Shown in pieces: positions 1 through 6,935 of a stretch of DNA of 64,000 bases. Within the stretch, counting starts at the first letter, position 1. Each line of letters begins with the position of its first letter. The notes beneath the pieces were generated by a model. The model ran no database searches. It saw only the letters and a program-made list of their open reading frames with translations, and was not told where the DNA came from. The stretch covers positions 431,317 to 495,316 of the forward strand of contig CAVOJZ010000002.1 in assembly GCA_963696395.1 (NCBI GenBank), read 5' to 3'. Position numbers and translations under genes: made by a program. The stretch is from an uncultured bacterium. Its GTDB lineage: Bacteria; Patescibacteriota; Minisyncoccia; UBA6257; 2-01-FULL-56-20.

Positions 1-2
1 TT

Positions 3-98
3 ATTGCACGGGGAAAGACCGTCATTGAAATAGGCTCCACGCCCGAAGAAGCCTTAACTAAGCTCTGGCTCGCATCTAATGACAAGCAACGAGAATAG
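3..98 (+). CDS. Partial (5'-truncated) hypothetical protein ending GSTPEEALTKLWLASNDKQRE*
   Basis: Frame open from the window edge to TAG at 96-98, with a protein-like amphipathic C-terminal helix. Confidence 0.5.
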   Translation: MARGKTVIEIGSTPEEALTKLWLASNDKQRE

Positions 99-168
99 AC
101 ACTCAAAGCGTTAGCGATTATTAGTGATTCTGTGCGTCCCGATCACACAAACAGCTTAACTCTTACTA

Positions 169-639
169 ATGTTTGCAAACAAATACGAGCGAAGATTAGA
201 TGCAGTCATCGATACGATTGATATTTCAGATTACGTGATGCGATTTTTGGATGAGTTGGCCAAGAGTGAGAGTCGCAGGACAACGATAAGGGATGAGAGC
301 GACGCTTTCCGTATCAAGACGTTGATGGATTATCGAGCCAACACGACGCCAGAATCTATGCTTGAGCTATCCAGTCAACCGTATTGGAAGTATCAAAAGG
401 TCTCCTATGTCCGCTCAAATCTTGGGGACAGACGAGGATTTACGTTCTATTTCATATGCGAAAAATGTGGCCGCAACGCTAAACGACTTTACTACCACAC
501 CTATGTTGCCCCGCCGATATGTAGGCGGTGCTTCGGTCTCCCGTATCCGCAATCAACTCGACCCATGAAGAAAATATCTCGCTACCTGCGCAGACACCCT
601 GAAGCGGCGCGGCAGATTAGCGAATCGCTCAGTTACTAG
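169..639 (+). CDS. Hypothetical Zn-finger protein (CxxC...CxxC), mobile-element associated
   Basis: 156 aa ORF with FYFICEKCGRNAKRLY and PICRRCFGLPYPQS motifs. Confidence 0.7.
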   Translation: MFANKYERRLDAVIDTIDISDYVMRFLDELAKSESRRTTIRDESDAFRIKTLMDYRANTTPESMLELSSQPYWKYQKVSYVRSNLGDRRGFTFYFICEKCGRNAKRLYYHTYVAPPICRRCFGLPYPQSTRPMKKISRYLRRHPEAARQISESLSY

Positions 640-715
640 CCGACAATTCCTAAGGCCGCCCTCTTAAAGATGCTAAAAGAAGAGGAAGAAACAGATCACG
701 GCTAGGTGCTACAAA

Positions 716-931
716 TCAAAACTGTGCATTGCAAGCACTAAAGCAAGCCTGTTCCTGAGTAAGAGTTTCCGGTGCGCTCGGCGTTTGAGCATCAAATTGG
801 TCAATGCATACGGCGTGGCACGCCGAGACACGCGCTGCTTGCGATTGGTTATTGTTATAGTTCCAACCCATGTAGAGAAAAATAGCAATCACTACCAATG
901 CTATAAGAATCCATGCTTGTCCTTTTGTCAT
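716..931 (-). CDS. Small membrane-anchored or secreted Cys-containing protein
   Basis: N-terminal hydrophobic helix; CxxxC...CxxxC in the extracellular part. Confidence 0.65.
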   Translation of the reverse strand: MTKGQAWILIALVVIAIFLYMGWNYNNNQSQAARVSACHAVCIDQFDAQTPSAPETLTQEQACFSACNAQF

Positions 932-954
932 TTCAGTTTCTAATTATGTTCTTG

Positions 955-1749
955 CTATTGAAGGGCACTTAATTGCTCCTGATAAGTAAGCTGTAGCTGT
1001 TGCTCTTGGAGTTGAATCTGTTGAATTTGTGAGTTGGCGTCGTCCGTCGCTTTTTGAATCTGCCCATCCTGCAATTCCACACCTTCAGGAACCTGTTGTA
1101 TCGCCGCAACATTACTGTAGTATTGGGTCTTTATATTGAGAATCTGCTGATTCAGTGCGTTAAGCTGGTTATTATATTGGGTCGTCAGTGTATCGATCTG
1201 ATTTTGTGTTTGTTGTTGCGCGGCGGCGGCTTGCGATTGTTGCTGTTGGTACTGTGTCTGCTGCTGCTGTTGTTGTTGGCTTGGCTGGCAATATGCTCCG
1301 CCGCTTGCCGGACATACGAAATCTTCGCCTGCGGAACATGCCGTGTAGTAAGTGCCATTACACAAAGTGGCATTTGGCGGAGGCGTATTAACAACTGACT
1401 GCCGCTGCGGAGCCGTGGTCGCTTGCGGTTGATTTTGCGATGTCGATACTGGGCTTACAGAAGGGACTACGGAAATCTTCTTTGTAGAAGGCAACACGGA
1501 GGTACGCATTGAAGGAGTCGATGTCGGCGTCACCACCAACGCCTCAGACGATGATGTTGAATTTGCTTGCTGAACGGCAGCCTGAGGAATTGAACTGGTT
1601 TGGATTGTCGCCGTGCTATTTTGGAGCGGCGCAGAAACCAATCCGATAGACGCCATCAGACCGACGAACATTATAACTGTCTTATGGAAAAACGAACCAA
1701 AGAAGTTAAACATTTTAATGTTTTGATCTTTTCCTTGGCCGGAAACCAT
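955..1749 (-). CDS. Secreted S/T/P- and Gln-rich protein with a 4-Cys module and C-terminal coiled coil
   Basis: Signal-like segment, low-complexity linker, CNGTYYTACSAGEDFVCPASGGAYC and poly-Q. The start could also be 1713. Confidence 0.75.
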   Translation of the reverse strand: MVSGQGKDQNIKMFNFFGSFFHKTVIMFVGLMASIGLVSAPLQNSTATIQTSSIPQAAVQQANSTSSSEALVVTPTSTPSMRTSVLPSTKKISVVPSVSPVSTSQNQPQATTAPQRQSVVNTPPPNATLCNGTYYTACSAGEDFVCPASGGAYCQPSQQQQQQQTQYQQQQSQAAAAQQQTQNQIDTLTTQYNNQLNALNQQILNIKTQYYSNVAAIQQVPEGVELQDGQIQKATDDANSQIQQIQLQEQQLQLTYQEQLSALQ

Positions 1750-1750
1750 A

Positions 1751-1844
1751 AAGCTCCCAGCCAGCGATGCCTTGCGGCACCCATAACCCTTTCGAGTTAT
1801 GACGTTTCCACGCGCTCTGACTAGGAGCTTGATGCGTGGAAACG
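1751..1844 (-). ncRNA. Candidate cloverleaf structured RNA or leader (C4/CI antisense-like architecture)
   Basis: 14-bp closing stem 1751-1764/1817-1830 (two G-U pairs on the minus strand only) encloses GAAA- and GCAA-capped hairpins. The upstream 11-mer at 1834-1844 is complementary to the internal loop at 1803-1813. Confidence 0.55.
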
Positions 1845-1958
1845 CTTTTCTGCGCCATGCCCCTTACGAGGTTTAGGCGACTTTTATTAAATTATGCTTT
1901 CAGACTAGCACTACAGGTTGCTTTTCTCAAATCCTTGCAAAGAGCTATGATAAGAACC

Positions 1959-2222
1959 ATGTACGTAAACGGAAGTTTTTATTGCCCAAATTGCAAAGGA
2001 TACACTGGCCATTTCACGTCGGATCGCAAAGCTCTGAGATGCGGCAAATGTAAATCCGAATTTGCTCTTGAGAGCGGCGAGGTGGTTTTGGATGGCAAAT
2101 TGGTGGAATGCTTTTCCTTCACGATGAAAGGGACGGTTTACATGTACGGCAAGCCACTTGACCAAAAAGAAATTCTGCCTAATAATAATCGAGAAGGTAA
2201 TTCAGAATTACCTGAGTCTTAA
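1959..2222 (+). CDS. Small Zn-ribbon hypothetical protein
   Basis: CPNC...CGKC; ATG 1959 lies 7 nt after a TATGAT -10 box. Confidence 0.6.
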   Translation: MYVNGSFYCPNCKGYTGHFTSDRKALRCGKCKSEFALESGEVVLDGKLVECFSFTMKGTVYMYGKPLDQKEILPNNNREGNSELPES

Positions 2223-2275
2223 AATATAATTTGGGTAACGAAGCACTCCGCCTGATATGATCGCCTGAGTGCAAT

Positions 2276-2410
2276 AAAGCCCTTGTCGACGCATGTGAGC
2301 AATCACGCGCCCCGACAAGGGCTTTTTTCGTTTATCCATTTCAATGGGTGCGCCTTCAAGCCCTTTGCTTGCTGGGCGGGTCTTCACCCATTGAGACCTG
2401 CCAAGCAAAG
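2276..2410 (+). promoter_or_regulatory. Terminator-like hairpin followed by a second structured leader upstream of ORF 2421
   Basis: Stem 2276-2288/2313-2325 followed by a U-tract. Hairpin 2364-2409 has a loop (CACCCATTGA, 2385-2394) that is the exact complement of TCAATGGGTG at 2341-2350. Confidence 0.5.
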
Positions 2411-2420
2411 AGAGGACTTA

Positions 2421-2576
2421 ATGTTATCGCTGGAACAATTGAGGAAGATAGATGAAGGAAATCAGCTCTCCGATCAAGAGCTTCTTGAGTTACGTGATGC
2501 ACTCTATCCAGTCCTTGAAAAAGTCCTCGATAAATACTTCGAAACCCTAGCCAATCCCGATGATTTGCATAGATGA
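2421..2576 (+). CDS. Small helical hypothetical protein (51 aa) upstream of the recombinase
   Basis: GAGAGG Shine-Dalgarno before ATG 2421; MLSLEQLRKIDEGNQLSDQELLELRDALY. Confidence 0.6.
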   Translation: MLSLEQLRKIDEGNQLSDQELLELRDALYPVLEKVLDKYFETLANPDDLHR

Positions 2577-2592
2577 GAACATTTGCTATAAT
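2565..2592 (+). promoter_or_regulatory. Sigma70-type promoter for the KGG-like ORF and recombinase
   Basis: TTGCAT-16 nt-TATAAT with extended TG. Confidence 0.55.
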
Positions 2593-2616
2593 GGTATTAA
2601 GCGGTTAATCAATATC

Positions 2617-2778
2617 ATGAACAGAAAAACCATTAGCGAGGTCATGCGGGAGATGGGAAAGCGTGGCGGGATGGCCTCCGCTGAGGCACGGCGTAAAAGC
2701 GGGAAGATGAACGAATGGGCGGCAAATGTCCTTAAGGCGCGGCGAAAAAATAAAAAGATTAAGAAACCGAGACCATGA
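2617..2778 (+). CDS. Small basic protein with a KGG-like motif, coupled to the recombinase
   Basis: SEVMREMGKRGGMAS motif; ATGA overlap with the recombinase start at 2775. Confidence 0.6.
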   Translation: MNRKTISEVMREMGKRGGMASAEARRKSGKMNEWAANVLKARRKNKKIKKPRP

Positions 2779-4361
2779 ACCAGACGAAGGCACTAATTTA
2801 CTGTCGCGTCTCGTCGGAGCGACAGAAAACCGAAGGACACGGCCTTGATAGCCAAGAGCAACGATGTCGGCTTTATTGCGAGCAAAAGGGCTATGAAGTC
2901 GAAGGCAAGCCGTTCAGAGATAGCTTTACAGGCGCGGGTGACTTCATGGATCGTCCGGCGATGCGCGAATTATTAGGATATCTCGACAAGCACCCCCACC
3001 GGACTGATTATGTCGTTGTTTTTGATGATCTCAAACGATTTGCACGCGACACCATTTTTCATCTCAAGCTCCGACGGGAATTTAAGGCGCGAGGAGTAAA
3101 GGTTGAGTGTTTGAATTATAAATTCGATGAGACCGAGGAAGGTGAATTTATCGAGACCGTTCTAGCAGCTCAGGGAGAGCTTGAGCGAAAGCAAAATCGC
3201 CGCCAAGTAATTCAAAAACAACGGTCACGACTTGAGCTTGGCTACTGGCCGTTTTGCCCGCCGCCTGGGTTCCGGCACGTTAAAACAGCCGGACACGGCA
3301 AGCTCCTCACCCCTTACGAACCAGAATCATCTCTTATAAGAACTGCATTTGAAGGATTCGCAGTGGATCGGTTTGAATCGCAAAACGATGTTACCCGCTA
3401 CTTAGAAGAAGAAAAGTTTTGCGGCAAAAACAAAATACCCTTCCAGAGGGTGAATCGTCTTTTTATGCGCCTTCCGATCTATGCGGGATTTATCGAATAT
3501 GCGCCGTGGGAGGTTTCGCAACGGCAGGGGCATCATCAACCGCTTATAGATTTAAGAACCTATTATAAGATTTGCGAAAAATTGAACGGGCGCGCACCAA
3601 TACGGACACGAAAAGATATGAGGGAAGATTTTCCGTTGAGGCATACCCTTGTTGTGTGCGGCAAGTGTAGCCGCCAATATACGGCTTCCTATACAACCAA
3701 AAAGAAGGGCTATAAGAAACCATACTATCGTTGCAATAACACCGCCTGCCCTGAACACACCAAGAGCGTTCCGAAAGACCTCATGGAAAAACAGTTTAAA
3801 GCCATTTTACGAGGGATACGGCCGAAACCACTCGTTTTACAGATCAGCGAGGCAATGCTTTATGAACAGTGGCAAGGACGCGTCGCCAAACGTGCCGCAA
3901 ACGAAGGGAAAGAAGCCGTAGAGCTTGCCGGATTGCAAAACGAGATACGGGACACCGCTAAATTGGCGAAGCGGGCAAGTAGTGAGCGTGTCCGCTTAGA
4001 ATACGAAAAACAAATCGAGGAGCTAGCGGCACGAGAGGAAAAGTTGAAAGAAAAAAATGATCCAGCAAAGAAGCCGAAAATTGAGTTTAGAACCGCCTTG
4101 CGGATGGTGTTCGATTACCTAGAAAACCCATATGACAAGTGGGAAAAGGGAGACTTAAGCGACAAAAACTTGGTAATGAACCTCGTTTTTGAGGGTGTGC
4201 TTTTCTATGACCGAGGAATTGGATTTAGAACCGCTCCTTTAGCCCTTCCTTTAAGGGTTTTTGAGCATTTTGCCGTCTCTAAATCTCAGGGTGTGGAGAC
4301 GGGCGGAATCGAACCGCCGTCTAAAGAGGGTGCCAATGAGTCGTCTACGAGCGTAGTTTAA
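2775..4361 (+). CDS. Large serine recombinase (resolvase, recombinase, Zn-ribbon and coiled-coil domains)
   Basis: YCRVSS catalytic motif, DDLKRFARD, CGKC...YYRC...C and a coiled coil; 528 aa. Confidence 0.93.
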   Translation: MNQTKALIYCRVSSERQKTEGHGLDSQEQRCRLYCEQKGYEVEGKPFRDSFTGAGDFMDRPAMRELLGYLDKHPHRTDYVVVFDDLKRFARDTIFHLKLRREFKARGVKVECLNYKFDETEEGEFIETVLAAQGELERKQNRRQVIQKQRSRLELGYWPFCPPPGFRHVKTAGHGKLLTPYEPESSLIRTAFEGFAVDRFESQNDVTRYLEEEKFCGKNKIPFQRVNRLFMRLPIYAGFIEYAPWEVSQRQGHHQPLIDLRTYYKICEKLNGRAPIRTRKDMREDFPLRHTLVVCGKCSRQYTASYTTKKKGYKKPYYRCNNTACPEHTKSVPKDLMEKQFKAILRGIRPKPLVLQISEAMLYEQWQGRVAKRAANEGKEAVELAGLQNEIRDTAKLAKRASSERVRLEYEKQIEELAAREEKLKEKNDPAKKPKIEFRTALRMVFDYLENPYDKWEKGDLSDKNLVMNLVFEGVLFYDRGIGFRTAPLALPLRVFEHFAVSKSQGVETGGIEPPSKEGANESSTSVV

Positions 4362-4601
4362 CCGAAGTTAAGCGGAATGATTCTAATTTCGCATGCGGCG
4401 TAGAATCGTCAGCCACACGCTAGTCTCCTTATATAAGACCGGTATCAGCCGAAGAGACCCCGGCTGGCCGATCCCAGCTTACGCGAAAGCGAAGGCTGGA
4501 ACTGAAACCTTTCGGTTTGCAATTATATTTGATGCGCTGTAACGCACGCGCGTTCGGCCCGCAAACTCATGGACGCTCTTCATCGAAGCCAGTACGTCCC
4601 C
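4293..4601 (-). ncRNA. ssrA: tmRNA
   Basis: 5' GGGGACGTACTGGCTTCGA and 3' GACGGCGGTTCGATTCCGCCCGTCTCCAC form a tRNA-Ala-like acceptor stem with G3-U. Internal tag ORF present; TGGTATAAT extended -10 at 4610-4618. Confidence 0.93.
4479..4520 (-). other. tmRNA proteolysis tag reading frame ANRKVSVPAFAFA*
   Basis: Resume codon GCA after AAATATAATT; hydrophobic FAFA end; TAA stop. Confidence 0.85.
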
Positions 4602-4620
4602 AGGCGGATATTATACCACG

Positions 4621-5196
4621 CTATTTTTCCTCTGTCACCTTCTGCACGTTGGCACGTTTGAGGAGCTCCGCCTGGAACCATTCGGCGAGATCTTTATCGA
4701 GCGCGGGAAGCACGCCTTCGGATTCGCTGTCGCGCGGTGTTTCATCTTCCTGGCCCGCCGTGAGAATGATAATTCTCGAAAGCCCGAGCATCTGAAAATA
4801 AAGATCTCTTTTAATATCCACATCTTGAATCTGGCGATATGGGATAGCTACCTCTTCTTTATTTAAAATCCCTCGTTTGATCTTGAGCGAATCTTCGCCG
4901 AGGCAATATTTGTAATATCGATACGTGAGCCAAACCATAATGAGGGTGAAGGCAAGTACGAAGCCGGTGAGCGCGAGGCACAAATCGGCTGCCAGGAGAA
5001 CGTATGGCGCAAGATTCCCGAGTTGCTTCACAACAAGAAAAGGTTGGCCGGCCAGCACAAAAAGTCCGATGGAAATAATAAAAAGAATGATGGCGGCGTT
5101 AATTTCTTCGATCAAAAACATCCAGAACGTCTTGGGTCCGAGCGTGTGATAAACCTCTTGCGGCACCCCGGGGTGTACGATTGGTCCTTCGTCCAT
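4621..5196 (-). CDS. Bacterial PH-domain (bPH_2) membrane protein
   Basis: Two TM helices, then KRGILNKEEVAIPYRQIQDVDIKRDLYFQMLGL; start placed at ATG 5196, 6 nt after TATAAT. Confidence 0.85.
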   Translation of the reverse strand: MDEGPIVHPGVPQEVYHTLGPKTFWMFLIEEINAAIILFIISIGLFVLAGQPFLVVKQLGNLAPYVLLAADLCLALTGFVLAFTLIMVWLTYRYYKYCLGEDSLKIKRGILNKEEVAIPYRQIQDVDIKRDLYFQMLGLSRIIILTAGQEDETPRDSESEGVLPALDKDLAEWFQAELLKRANVQKVTEEK

Positions 5197-5253
5197 GCCT
5201 CTATTATAGCAAGGATCGTTGACGTTCGCGCAGTTTGCTTTACAATGTAAGGT

Positions 5254-5760
5254 ATTCTGAAACCCCGAATCAACAACCAAATAACCGCCCCGGAGCTCCG
5301 CGTGATCGGCGAGAAGGGCGAAAATCTTGGCGTCATGCAACGCGCCGACGCCCTCAAGCTTGCGCGCCTCGAGGATGGAGTTGACCTCATCGAGATATCG
5401 GCGAACGCCAAGCCGCCGGTTGCCCGGCTTATGAGCTATGACAAGTTTCGCTATGAGGAGGAAAAACGAATGAAGAAAGAGCGCTTGGCGCAAAAGAGCG
5501 TCGGCCTCAAAACCGTACAAATCAGCGCCCGTGCGGCCCATAACGATCTCATGATCAAGGTGCGCCAGCTTGAAAAGTTTTTTTCGGAAGGTCATCCGGT
5601 TGAAGTGACCATGCGTCTGCGGGGACGCGAAAAGCGGAACAAGGATTGGGCGATGGAGAAACTCCTCGAATTCCTCAAACTCATCCCCGTGGAATATAAG
5701 AAGCTTTCCGAACCGAAATTCCTCGGCAACGGCCCCGCGGTGCAGATCGCAAAGAAATAA
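5254..5760 (+). CDS. infC: Translation initiation factor IF-3 (ATT start)
   Basis: PRINNQITAPELRVIGEKGENLG, DLIEISANAKPPVAR and LRGRE motifs; an in-frame TAA at 5248 forces the start at ATT 5254 (or CTG 5257). Confidence 0.93.
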   Translation: MLKPRINNQITAPELRVIGEKGENLGVMQRADALKLARLEDGVDLIEISANAKPPVARLMSYDKFRYEEEKRMKKERLAQKSVGLKTVQISARAAHNDLMIKVRQLEKFFSEGHPVEVTMRLRGREKRNKDWAMEKLLEFLKLIPVEYKKLSEPKFLGNGPAVQIAKK

Positions 5761-5815
5761 CCATCTCCGATCGAGCCCATTTGCATTCAAGCCACGCTTG
5801 TATTACACTATCCCC

Positions 5816-5989
5816 ATGTCAACGTCCAAGAGTTTGGGAAAGAGAATACGATTCACCAAGAACGGCAAGATCGTCCGGCGCCGGATGGCCGTGGATCATT
5901 TCCGCACCCGCAAGAGCACCAAAGAAAACCGGAATTCAACCAAAACGCTTTCACTGAATTACCCGATGAAGAAATTGTTAAACTATTAA
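5816..5989 (+). CDS. rpmI: 50S ribosomal protein L35
   Basis: KSLGKRIRFTKNGKIVRR; lies between infC and rplT. Confidence 0.88.
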   Translation: MSTSKSLGKRIRFTKNGKIVRRRMAVDHFRTRKSTKENRNSTKTLSLNYPMKKLLNY

Positions 5990-6001
5990 TTTTGAAACGT
6001 C

Positions 6002-6349
6002 ATGCCGAGAGTCAAACGTGGAACCACTGCAAATAAGCGCCGCGCGAAAGTCCTCAAATACACCAAGGGCTTCCGTTGGGGCCGCAAGTCCAAAGAGCGC
6101 GCCGCAAAAGAAGCATTGCTTCACGCGTGGACGCACGCCTTCCGCGGCCGCAAGGAAAAGAAGCGTGTCTATCGCCAGCTCTGGAATGTAAAGATCAACG
6201 CCGCCGTCCACGAAGCCGGGACCAATTACAGCAAATTTATCGCAGCACTCAAGAAGCATAAAATCATTATCGACCGAAAGATCCTGGCGGACCTCGCCGA
6301 AACGGAACCGGCGGTGTTCAAGGAAATACTTTCAGCGGTCAGCAAATAG
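6002..6349 (+). CDS. rplT: 50S ribosomal protein L20
   Basis: MPRVKRG...RQLWNVKINAA...DRKILADLA. Confidence 0.97.
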   Translation: MPRVKRGTTANKRRAKVLKYTKGFRWGRKSKERAAKEALLHAWTHAFRGRKEKKRVYRQLWNVKINAAVHEAGTNYSKFIAALKKHKIIIDRKILADLAETEPAVFKEILSAVSK

Positions 6350-6378
6350 AAAAAACGAGTCGTGATGGCTCGTTTTTT
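6350..6378. terminator. Bidirectional intrinsic terminator
   Basis: AAAAACGAGTC/GGCTCGTTTTT stem between convergent genes. Confidence 0.75.
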
Positions 6379-6391
6379 GTTTTCGGTTCCG

Positions 6392-6916
6392 TTATTCTTT
6401 TTCTTTTGCCGGCGGCGTTGCTCTCTGCGGATTACGCGGCCGCTGACGGGCGCGAAGGAAATCCCGGGCCTGCTTCAATACCTTTCGTGTGTCGCCATAT
6501 TTTTTCCCGATAACATTCAGTGCGTCGTTATAGAGGAACCAAGCATAGCCGCTATGTTCCCGGGGAGTGAGCTTTACATCCGCCTTGTGGGTTTCGGCGA
6601 GGAATAAAATGACCGTGTCGTAAATATGCTCATTCCCGATCCGGAACGAAAAGCGTTCATACGCGCGAAAGTTCGGCGCAATGCGAAGTTCGGATTTCTT
6701 GATGCCCGTCTCCTCTTCGAGCTCCCGCAGGGCCGCATCTATGCTTCGCTCCCCCGGCTTGAAGTGTCCCTTGGGAAAATTCCAGTAATTACCGCGGCGA
6801 TAAAGGAGTAGGAATTTTATCCCGTCCGTTGTTTTGCGATATACCACAAATCCGGCCACAACCTGTTTTTTGGTTGGTATCCTTTTGGATTCATCAATTT
6901 CGGGCATTGGAGTCAT
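6392..6916 (-). CDS. NUDIX hydrolase (Ap4A hydrolase-like)
   Basis: WNFPKGHFKPGERSIDAALRELEEETG Nudix box; EHSGYAW. Confidence 0.9.
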   Translation of the reverse strand: MTPMPEIDESKRIPTKKQVVAGFVVYRKTTDGIKFLLLYRRGNYWNFPKGHFKPGERSIDAALRELEEETGIKKSELRIAPNFRAYERFSFRIGNEHIYDTVILFLAETHKADVKLTPREHSGYAWFLYNDALNVIGKKYGDTRKVLKQARDFLRARQRPRNPQRATPPAKEKE

Positions 6917-6935
6917 TGGGAAATTTTAGCACTGT

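Larger units (their letters stand above)
1..4321. mobile_element. Right end of an integrative element (prophage remnant or genomic island) inserted at the tmRNA 3' end; left end lies outside the window
   Basis: A large serine recombinase abuts and overlaps the tmRNA 3' end. It is preceded by small hypothetical, Zn-finger and secreted ORFs unlike the housekeeping genes to the right. The second att copy is not in the window. Confidence 0.75.

Noticed and set aside
1200-1280. CAG/CAA-type tandem repeats
   Set aside because: They encode the poly-Gln tract of the secreted protein and are not an independent repeat element
4081-4240. Short direct repeat TTTAGAACCGC (FRTA twice) in the recombinase 3' region
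   Set aside because: Only 11 bp and in the same reading frame; not enough to call an att site
4293-4321. tRNA-like T arm and acceptor suggesting a separate tRNA or att fragment
   Set aside because: It pairs with the GGGGACG 5' end at 4601 and encloses a tag ORF, so it is the tmRNA tRNA-like domain
5197-5790. N-terminal extension of the 389-aa minus-strand ORF
   Set aside because: Antisense shadow of infC; the real PH-domain gene starts at 5196 after a TATAAT box
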